IMG/VR virus record: IMGVR_UViG_3300021437_000016
Strand: one strand, 5' to 3'
Length of the DNA stretch: 64,000 bases
Origin: an uncultured virus (IMG/VR IMGVR_UViG_3300021437_000016)
Lineage: Duplodnaviria; Heunggongvirae; Uroviricota; Caudoviricetes
Both the position numbers and the translations under genes were made by a program. This document shows positions 56,779 through 64,000 of the stretch, piece after piece; the first letter of the stretch is position 1; each line of letters starts with the position of its first letter. Under the pieces are notes generated by a model, which ran no database searches, was not told the origin of the DNA, and saw only the letters and a list, made by a program, of their open reading frames with translations.

Positions 56779-57312
56779 TTACACCGACGAAGCGTTGAAG
56801 GTATAGGTCAGCAGCAGCTGATCGCCCAACACCACCGACTTGGAGGCGGAGAAGCGTGCAGCCGAGAAGAGCGTCCCGGTCGTGCCTGACTTGGTGCTGT
56901 TCGACACCAGGAACGCGCCGTAGATCGTCTTGGTCGCGTTGAAGGTGAACGTCGCACGGCTGGCGCTATTGGTGATGCTCTGGCTGGCTGCCGCAGCTTC
57001 GTCGTAGGCCTGACGCGTGGCTTCGTCGTATGCGGTGCACTCAGTCGAGGCAGCAGTGATCGAGGCAGCAGTGACGCCGGCGACCGGGGTGTAGTTACCC
57101 TCGAACACGCCGAGATACCAGGTGGTGATCTGGGTATCGCCGTGGAACATGATGTTCAGCAGCGAGTTGAGGCCCTCATTGCAGACGATGTTGTCATCCG
57201 CGAACTCGTCGATGACCTGACCATCACGGATGATCTGACCTTCGTAGCGGCCCCCGACAAGCAGCTTCTGCGACGGCAGAAGGATGCCTCCAGCACTCTT
57301 TTCGTAGTCCAT
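56779..57312 (-). CDS. virion structural protein
   Basis: NIVCNEGLN...ATFTF...IYGAFL...GTLFSA pattern; AGGGGG SD before 57312. Confidence 0.7.
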   Translation of the reverse strand: MDYEKSAGGILLPSQKLLVGGRYEGQIIRDGQVIDEFADDNIVCNEGLNSLLNIMFHGDTQITTWYLGVFEGNYTPVAGVTAASITAASTECTAYDEATRQAYDEAAAASQSITNSASRATFTFNATKTIYGAFLVSNSTKSGTTGTLFSAARFSASKSVVLGDQLLLTYTFNASSV

Positions 57313-57380
57313 CTTCATACCCCCTGAAATCGTGGGAAGGTTGGTATCACCATCACGCACCGTGCGCAATGCTGTTCGCG

Positions 57381-58565
57381 CTAGTCGCCCCAGAGGCCAT
57401 CCCAGTAATCAATCACCAGAGTGCTTCCGGTAGTGGTGACGGTCTCAGATAAAATGGTTGCTGCGGTTGTGAATGGAATACCGCTACTGGTCACTCCATA
57501 ATCGTTGGAGCGATTCACAACGCCACCGGTACCGGGATACTCCAGCACAGAGAACAGCCCAGGACTCCCCCATGCGCCGGGAAGGCTGATCGGTGTAAAT
57601 GCGGAAACACCTGGGACAACCGCCCGCCGCAGGGTCGCCGCAACGATCGCCGGGTTTCCGTTGTTGTAGTCATACGGCGCGATATATCCTCCGGTCACCG
57701 GAGCGGTTAACACAAAAAGAGGTGCATGCCAGTCCAGAGCCCAAACGCGGAGCTGATAACCTCCAGGAGAGACCCCGACGAAAATGCCTGGATCGGGTGG
57801 GTAGAATCCATGGATGTTGACGAACTCTCCGAAATCTACCGATTGTGTGCGAGCGTTAACGAGACTCCATGAGTACGGGCCGATGGAGTTCCGACAATAC
57901 CCAGGACCGACACTCAGAGACCCGCTGTTCCCTGTTTGGAGTATCGAAGTCCCGATTTGAAAAGAAGGTGATCCATTAAATGTCAGCCCGGAAATCACGT
58001 TCATGCCGCTGCTTCCTGCGACCACGTCGATTGTGAGCGTGTCACTTGCAGTGTGATTAACTCTCGACACCCAGTTGTTTATCGTTGTGGACGCTGCGTA
58101 CTGCACACCAGGAGTCCCGCTCAAGTTGAAAGCAAGGAGAAGGTTGTCCAGCGTATCGGTCAGCGTCGCTCCGATCTGGATGTGGCCGTCCGAATCCGTC
58201 AGAGTGTCTTGGAACGTATATGTGTGGCCGCCAAAAGAGAACGCATCACCGTCGATTGGATTGACCGCAAACCCGAGCGCAAACCGCGAATATACGGGAG
58301 GTACCCATTCGATCAGCTCGAAGTTCTTGGTCTGGAGCTCCAGGAGATGCGTCGTACCACTTGAGATCGAGACTCGGCTATTGCTGTCAATGAACGGCTT
58401 TCCCGCGTTCTGCGGATTGGTGCTTGGCAGCGACAATCCCATTGAGTCCAGAATCCGAGCGACGGTCGTCTTACCATCAGTGGTCCCACCTCGAACAGCA
58501 TACAGCTCTTCGTTGCCCTGCAGTGTGCCGAGATCAGTCTCGTTGGTGACCTTGGTATCAGCCAT
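57381..58565 (-). CDS. tail fibre / receptor-binding protein (putative)
   Basis: N-terminal MADTKVT...LQGNE...GKTT anchor-like motif; visibly lower GC than its neighbours. Confidence 0.6.
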   Translation of the reverse strand: MADTKVTNETDLGTLQGNEELYAVRGGTTDGKTTVARILDSMGLSLPSTNPQNAGKPFIDSNSRVSISSGTTHLLELQTKNFELIEWVPPVYSRFALGFAVNPIDGDAFSFGGHTYTFQDTLTDSDGHIQIGATLTDTLDNLLLAFNLSGTPGVQYAASTTINNWVSRVNHTASDTLTIDVVAGSSGMNVISGLTFNGSPSFQIGTSILQTGNSGSLSVGPGYCRNSIGPYSWSLVNARTQSVDFGEFVNIHGFYPPDPGIFVGVSPGGYQLRVWALDWHAPLFVLTAPVTGGYIAPYDYNNGNPAIVAATLRRAVVPGVSAFTPISLPGAWGSPGLFSVLEYPGTGGVVNRSNDYGVTSSGIPFTTAATILSETVTTTGSTLVIDYWDGLWGD

Positions 58566-58568
58566 TGC

Positions 58569-59744
58569 TTATGCCCTCAGAATCGCAGAGCCGTCGGCTC
58601 TCAGGAGATAGGAGCCATCAGTGCGAAGGATGGCGTTGACGTGTGTCGCCGGTGGAGTCGCAACCGCAGGCCGGAACCGGACAATCTCAGCGTCGATGTA
58701 GTCACCGATGCGGGCGGTTGAAGAGGGGGAGCCGCCCGCATCGGCTGTGACCACATAGCTCATGAAGCCATCCAAGTCACGCACCATTGCAGCAGAAGCG
58801 ATCGCCCCTGGGAACACCACACGGTTACGCGTCAGGTTGTAGACCTCACCACCGTCGAACGCCGCGCAGACCCCGTCATTGGTGAGGAACATGAACGCTC
58901 CGGCCTCAGGGACCGGGTTGCCTTGCCTTGCTTGCGGGTGGACGCGCGACGCCGGGAGCGGGACGCATGAGCCCTTCACCACGCCAGTGTCCATGACAAT
59001 GTCACGCTTCATGCCTTCACTGAACACGCCGTGCAGGAAGTAGAGCTTCTCGGTGGTGCCGACATAGAGCCCATCATCAGCGGCAGCCAGCATGGTGATG
59101 TCGTGCTCGAACTGCAGGAAGTTCCGGGTCTTGTCGACGTGATCGTAGAGGTAGAGATCGGTCGTCCAGAGCGTGCTGCCATGCACCATGTAGATGCGGC
59201 CTCGATAGTATTCGAGCAGCGTGGCTGTTGGCGGCGGTCCGAGCAGCTTGCCTCCGATCGCACCCAGCGTGTCGGTCGGCGAGATGACAGGCGAGAGCCA
59301 TGTGGCGACTGCCGCACCCCACTGGTCTACCGCGAACCCCGACGGCCTCGCGTTCTGGTGGCTGGGCATGTACCAGAACTTGATTGATTGGGCTCCGTCG
59401 CTGGCATAGAACGTGTCACCGACCATGGTGATGCTGACAGGGCCGTTGGTGCCCTCGTTGAAGTCGTAGATAAGATTGAGGGCCCAATCTTCCTGAAGGC
59501 GGAACAGGATGCCTTGAGCTGCACAGAACGTGTACCCGCCAAGCGTCTTCAGGCTGTGGCACCGCTGATCGTTCATCAGCACATACCCGCGCCGGCGATG
59601 GAGCTGACCCTCATCGTCGATGTCCACATTGACGGCAGCCTCAAGGTCCGTCGTCTTCAAGCGCTCAGGCGTCACCGTGTTCTTGACCCCGTCGAAGCTC
59701 GACAGGATCAGCGTCTCCGGTGCTTGAGGAGGCTGGCTCGCCAC
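58569..59744 (-). CDS. tail tube/nozzle-like virion protein
   Basis: 391 aa; FDGVKN, AVNVDID, RRRGY, GRIY, GLYVGT beta-propeller-like pattern. Confidence 0.65.
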   Translation of the reverse strand: MASQPPQAPETLILSSFDGVKNTVTPERLKTTDLEAAVNVDIDDEGQLHRRRGYVLMNDQRCHSLKTLGGYTFCAAQGILFRLQEDWALNLIYDFNEGTNGPVSITMVGDTFYASDGAQSIKFWYMPSHQNARPSGFAVDQWGAAVATWLSPVISPTDTLGAIGGKLLGPPPTATLLEYYRGRIYMVHGSTLWTTDLYLYDHVDKTRNFLQFEHDITMLAAADDGLYVGTTEKLYFLHGVFSEGMKRDIVMDTGVVKGSCVPLPASRVHPQARQGNPVPEAGAFMFLTNDGVCAAFDGGEVYNLTRNRVVFPGAIASAAMVRDLDGFMSYVVTADAGGSPSSTARIGDYIDAEIVRFRPAVATPPATHVNAILRTDGSYLLRADGSAILRA

Positions 59745-60020
59745 TTATTTGCTCCTGATCTTGAGCTTCACTGTCTCGTCGTAGATGCGCCCTGCGCTGG
59801 TGGTGATCCGGTTGAGGACCTCCGCGGTCGACCCGTCCGTACCGCCTGCTACCCAGACGGTGGTGATACCCGAGGCGTAGGCCTGGTTGCTGAGCGTCAC
59901 GTCACCACTCACCACCGTGAACACCGAGGCTGCGATGGTCTCGCCGGTCACGAGCCGGTCGACCCAGTTGACCTGGTAATCCAGAAACTCGTTCGGGTCT
60001 TTGGCTGGCCAGACGTGCAT
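59745..60020 (-). CDS. fibre-tail adaptor-like protein
   Basis: 91 aa; KDPNEFLDY...W...GETI...VWVAGG...ITTSAGR. Confidence 0.7.
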   Translation of the reverse strand: MHVWPAKDPNEFLDYQVNWVDRLVTGETIAASVFTVVSGDVTLSNQAYASGITTVWVAGGTDGSTAEVLNRITTSAGRIYDETVKLKIRSK

Positions 60021-60047
60021 GGGTACCCCCTGAAAACTCGAACCTGT

Positions 60048-62729
60048 TTACGCGACCTTGCTCCGAACGCCAATAGCCGTTGTGCGGGCCCTGGCGGAGG
60101 CCTTTACCAGACGTGGTGCGGCAGCGTCCAGCACCATGACACGGCTCTCAGCCGGGAGGCGCACGATCCGCGCAGCCGCTGCGCTGAGGTTGATCGTCCT
60201 GCTGACGCGCTGCAGTGTGATGACCCGCGGTCCGATCGCGGGAGCACCGACCTGTGCCGCGAGCGCGAAGGCCGCATCAGTCTCGGTCGCCAGCCCGACA
60301 TCGCCGACGTCCGGAGCGGTCGGAGCAAGTGCGTTGTCGTTCTCGGCAGCCAGGCCAACCGACATGATCTGGATCGGGGTCAGCGCGAGCGCTTCGTCCG
60401 TCTCTGTGGACACCCCAGCAGGTGAGCCTGCCACGTAACTCAGAGCGAAGGCTGTGTCAGACTCGATAGCGATCCCGGTATCCGTGACCTGGACCGGGCT
60501 CAGTGCGAGTGCATTGTCGTTTTCTGCCGACAGACCAGGCGCACGGATCGCCACTGAGGAGAGCGTGAGCGCTGTGTCGGCCTCTGTTGCCGCACCAGCC
60601 GCGCGGAGCTGCACCCCAGCCAGGGCCAACGCAGTGTCAGTCTCAGTCGAGATGCCGACCGCCTTGATCAGCTTGGCACCGAGTGTGAGAGACTGGTCGG
60701 TCTCAGCTGCAAGCCCTGCCGACGTCCCTGTGGTGCCTGTGAGCGGGATCGCGATATCGGTCTCAACGCTGACCCCTGCAGGGCGCGCGGAGCCGAGCGA
60801 GATCGCAGTGTCGGTCTCGGTGGCAGTAGCTGCCGGCCGTGCCGCACCGAGTGATGCCGCTGTGTCGGTCTCGGTTGCAGTCCCCACACCTTGGCCTCGA
60901 CCAAGCTGCAACGCAGTATCGGTCTCAGTTGCAAGTCCGGCCGCCTTGAGCTGTACCGGCGTCAGTGCGGATGCGGTGTCGGTCTCAGCCGCAAAGCCAA
61001 CAGTCCGGGCCCGGCCGAGCGGGAGCGCGGTGTCGGCCTCGGTCGCAACCCCAGCAGGGCGGGACACGCCAAGGGCAAGCGCAGTCTCGGTCTCGGTCGC
61101 GAGGCCCGCCGGGCGCGCTACACCAAGAGCAAGCGCAGTATCGGTCTCGGCCGCAAGTCCGCCGGCCCTGATCTGCACCGCGCTCAGAGCGAGAGCTGTG
61201 TCAGCCTCAGTTGCGAGGCCGGCTGCACGGACTTGCACCGCGCTAAGCGCGAGAGCTGTATCGGACTCAGCTACAAGGCCGACAGCCCTGATCTGCACCG
61301 ACGACAGCGACAGTGCAGTGTCGGCTTCAGTGGAGAGCCCGGCTGCTCTGGTCTGCACCGCGCTGAGCGCGAGAGCTGTGTCGGACTCGACAGCGTTACC
61401 TGTGGGTCGTGCGGCACCAAGCTGCAGCGCTGCGTCGGTCTCGGTCGAGGTGCCGACGGCTTTAATCTGCACCACACTGAGCGCTGACGCCGTGTCGGAC
61501 TCTGTGGCTACTCCGGTTGCGCGGGCCTGCACCGCACTAAGCGCGAGAGCTGTGTCGGACTCTGTGGAAAGGCCAACGGCTTTGATCTGAACCGCACTGA
61601 GCGCCAGCGCCGTGCCGGTCTCCGTGGAGATTCCGGTCGCTCTGATCTGAACCGCACTGCGCGCGAACGCTGTGTCTGCTTCAGTTGCCAGACCTGCAGT
61701 CAGCGACGCTGAGAGTGCAAGCGCTGTGTCGGTCTCAATGGAGAGCCCGGCTGACCTAACCTGTACCGCGCTAAGCGTGAGAGCTGTGTCGGCCTCGGTC
61801 GCCAGCCCTACTGCTCTGACCTGTACCGCGCTGAGCGCGAGAGCTGTATCTGTCTCAGTCGTGAGGCCTGCCGGGCGCGCGGAGCCGAGAGGGAGCGCAG
61901 TGTCAGCCTCAGTGGCGATACCAGCGGGCCGGGCCCCGCCAAGCTGCAGCGCAGTGTCGGTCTCGGTGGCGGTGCCGGCAGGGCGTGCGGAGCCGAGAGG
62001 GAGCGCAGTGTCAGCCTCAATGGCGATACCAGCGGGCCGGGCCCCGCCAAGCTGCAGCGCAGTGTCGGTCTCGGTCGCCATGCCGACAGCTGCTGACGAT
62101 CCCGAGCTCGCGCCGTAGGCAGAGAAGCCGGTAGGGATGGAGTAGGTAAACGCGGTCGCGCCGAAGTTCGCCGTCCACTGCTGGTTGGTCTCGCGGAAGA
62201 AGGCATAGACATATCGCTCGGTACCGCCGAACGTCACCGACATGCCATTGAGGTTCGAGCTGGGGTTGCCTGAGTCCAGCCACGTACCGTTGAGGCCGAT
62301 GTAGTATTTCTCAAGCGTCTCGTCGTAGGCCAGCATCACAATATCGCCGGCTACTGGCGACGGTGAGCTCCCTACAAATCCGCCGTCATCATATGTGCCA
62401 CCGCCATCGCTGCGTGAATTGGTGCGTGACGTCGTGCTGAACGGGGTCGATGAGGTTGTGTCGAAGCCTTCGTCGCAGAAGCCGAACCCACCCCACGGAG
62501 TGCCGTTGGAGTTGATGGTGAACTCCATGTACGACTTGGTCGTGGCCGGCTGCGCCGATGCACGGACGACCTGGTCTGTGGCGCTCGCACTGGTAGTCGC
62601 TGTCAGATCGCCATTGGTGAGGACGATCGACGCGCCCTTGTTCGTCGTGCTCCAGGTTACGGTCGAGGAGCCGGATGCTGCTGAGCCGGGCGGGGCAAAC
62701 GCATCTGGTTGAAACACGCCCGGCTGCAT
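60048..62729 (-). CDS. virion fibre with an N-terminal SPRY/ConA-like domain and about 32 Ala/Thr-rich repeats
   Basis: 893 aa; KSYMEF...GDIVMLAYD...GLNGTW...ANFG; repeats AGLATETDTALAL of 18-20 aa. Confidence 0.75.
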   Translation of the reverse strand: MQPGVFQPDAFAPPGSAASGSSTVTWSTTNKGASIVLTNGDLTATTSASATDQVVRASAQPATTKSYMEFTINSNGTPWGGFGFCDEGFDTTSSTPFSTTSRTNSRSDGGGTYDDGGFVGSSPSPVAGDIVMLAYDETLEKYYIGLNGTWLDSGNPSSNLNGMSVTFGGTERYVYAFFRETNQQWTANFGATAFTYSIPTGFSAYGASSGSSAAVGMATETDTALQLGGARPAGIAIEADTALPLGSARPAGTATETDTALQLGGARPAGIATEADTALPLGSARPAGLTTETDTALALSAVQVRAVGLATEADTALTLSAVQVRSAGLSIETDTALALSASLTAGLATEADTAFARSAVQIRATGISTETGTALALSAVQIKAVGLSTESDTALALSAVQARATGVATESDTASALSVVQIKAVGTSTETDAALQLGAARPTGNAVESDTALALSAVQTRAAGLSTEADTALSLSSVQIRAVGLVAESDTALALSAVQVRAAGLATEADTALALSAVQIRAGGLAAETDTALALGVARPAGLATETETALALGVSRPAGVATEADTALPLGRARTVGFAAETDTASALTPVQLKAAGLATETDTALQLGRGQGVGTATETDTAASLGAARPAATATETDTAISLGSARPAGVSVETDIAIPLTGTTGTSAGLAAETDQSLTLGAKLIKAVGISTETDTALALAGVQLRAAGAATEADTALTLSSVAIRAPGLSAENDNALALSPVQVTDTGIAIESDTAFALSYVAGSPAGVSTETDEALALTPIQIMSVGLAAENDNALAPTAPDVGDVGLATETDAAFALAAQVGAPAIGPRVITLQRVSRTINLSAAAARIVRLPAESRVMVLDAAAPRLVKASARARTTAIGVRSKVA
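61873..62075 (-). repeat. near-exact 108-bp-period duplication within the repeat protein
   Basis: copies start at 61873 and 61981. Confidence 0.8.
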
Positions 62730-62736
62730 AGCGGAA

Positions 62737-63264
62737 CTACCTCTTAGTCAGTGTCGCGTGCATGTCCTGCACCGCTTCCTTGTACCATGCCATCGCGAAC
62801 TGCTGAAATTCCTGATTGCGCGTATGCAGTCCGGGATGCAGCGAATAGCCCCATGTAGCCTCGAAATCGCAGTCAAGTCCATCCGGATTGTACTGCTTGT
62901 CGCAGTGAGGTGCGTTTGCGTCCCGCCACTCGCGCTTCAGGTAATAGAAGAACATCTCACTGACCGGAGGCCACTGGTGTGTCATATCACCATATGCGCG
63001 GTTGCTGTTCCAATGCGGCACAATGATCGCTGCCTTCGCACCTGGCTTCATGACCCGGTACAGATCGTTCATGAAGAACATGCGTTCGTTAGCAGTCAGG
63101 TGCTCCAGGAAGTGCGAGGCGTGAACCTCTTCGACAGACTCGTCTGCAAATGGCAGAGGGTCTCGTCCGACCGCACAGACAACGTCAACACCAGGAAACT
63201 TGGCGACGTCGATGCCAGTGAAACCTTCTTTTTTGTTCGGGCCGCAGCCGATGTCAATTCGCAT
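62737..63264 (-). CDS. class I SAM-dependent methyltransferase
   Basis: IDIGCG, GID, LPFADESV, HFLEH, YRVMKPGA, GDMTH. Confidence 0.9.
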   Translation of the reverse strand: MRIDIGCGPNKKEGFTGIDVAKFPGVDVVCAVGRDPLPFADESVEEVHASHFLEHLTANERMFFMNDLYRVMKPGAKAAIIVPHWNSNRAYGDMTHQWPPVSEMFFYYLKREWRDANAPHCDKQYNPDGLDCDFEATWGYSLHPGLHTRNQEFQQFAMAWYKEAVQDMHATLTKR

Positions 63265-63267
63265 TAT

Positions 63268-63720
63268 CTACCTACCAAGATATTGAGTTATGGCGGCTTC
63301 GTGCGTTTCGAGCCAGCCTAGCTTCGTGTTGCAGCGGTGGCAAAGGATGCCGCGAACGCACCCAGTCCTGTGGCAGTGATCCACGTGGGTACTGCGAGAG
63401 CTAGAAAAGGGCTCTGCGCAGATCAAACACAAACCGTTCTGCGCTGCGACCATGTCAGCTTTGTCTTGCCTTGAGATCCCGTACTTCGCTCGCAGGTGGT
63501 AATCCGCGTTGCGCTCCACGTGCTTGTGCGCGTTCCGACGATGCGACTGCCGCGCCAGCTCGTTATGTCGCTCGCGGTTCTCTTCGCGCCACTTGCGCAT
63601 ATACTCGCGTCGAACCGCTTTGTGTTCGTCGGTTCGTGCGAGGGCGGACTTGCGCTCGCGGTATGCTTGCACATTTTTGGCTCGGTACCGGGCGCTCTTC
63701 TCGGCAGACGTCAGCATCAC
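63268..63720 (-). CDS. endonuclease VII-family (homing-type) nuclease
   Basis: KYGIS, CLIC, VDHCHRTGCVRGILCHRCN; AAAGGAG SD before GTG 63720. Confidence 0.85.
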   Translation of the reverse strand: MMLTSAEKSARYRAKNVQAYRERKSALARTDEHKAVRREYMRKWREENRERHNELARQSHRRNAHKHVERNADYHLRAKYGISRQDKADMVAAQNGLCLICAEPFSSSRSTHVDHCHRTGCVRGILCHRCNTKLGWLETHEAAITQYLGR

Positions 63721-63758
63721 GCGCGGCGCTCCTTTCAGTTGGTAGGGCACTACCATAC

Positions 63759-64000
63759 TCACCAACTGATGTCCGCACAAGCGTCGTAGTGCCCTACCAG
63801 CACATCGCAGTCTACCGCACAGCGATAGCCATGCTTGCGTGCATCAGCCCAGAAGTAGAGGTCTTGAGTGCCTACCCCTTCACCCCCAGCACCGTTCAAG
63901 GTCTTGAACCACGGCTGGCGCAGCTTCTCGTCCTTGAACGTAGACACGCGCCAGAGATTGAAGCCCATGCCGGTTCCGCAGCACTCGACCAGCTCGTTGG
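63759..64000 (-). CDS. C-terminal part of a GT-A/GT2-like glycosyltransferase
   Basis: open to the window edge; ECCGTGMGFNLWR...F...PWF...QDLYF...ARKHGY...VD...VGH. Confidence 0.65.
   Translation of the reverse strand, partial: NELVECCGTGMGFNLWRVSTFKDEKLRQPWFKTLNGAGGEGVGTQDLYFWADARKHGYRCAVDCDVLVGHYDACADISW

Noticed and set aside
1640..60030. Recurrent CCCCCT/CCCT motifs before minus-strand genes as a late promoter
   Set aside because: Their spacing to start codons shows they are Shine-Dalgarno sequences (AGGGGG/AGGGAG)
57381..62729. Diversity-generating retroelement acting on the fibre genes
   Set aside because: No reverse transcriptase and no TR/VR pair with adenine-specific mismatches seen

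Overview
The window is almost certainly most of the genome of a GC-rich, podovirus-like tailed phage with an N4-gp56-family major capsid protein. The host is probably an alphaproteobacterium (inference from promoter shape and gene content). It has two arms. The minus-strand virion arm (1-18732 and 51677-64000) carries terminase, portal, scaffold, capsid, a 2279-aa PLxRFG-like internal protein, tail/fibre genes and a glycosyltransferase + methyltransferase pair. The plus-strand arm (19276-51683) carries early genes, a MoxR-like AAA/vWA pair, a holin/GH19 endolysin/spanin cassette, PolA, an intein-containing SNF2 helicase and a primase-DUF927 fusion. The arms diverge across a repeat-rich, AT-rich control region (18733-21010). 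The most striking unexplained structure is an AT-rich palindrome, ATTAGATWATCTAATC, found 10 times between 19241 and 30152. Six copies lie 16-24 nt upstream of early-gene start codons, and a double-HTH/Zn-finger gene sits inside the cluster. No integrase is visible. All family assignments come from motif recognition by eye, not database searches.
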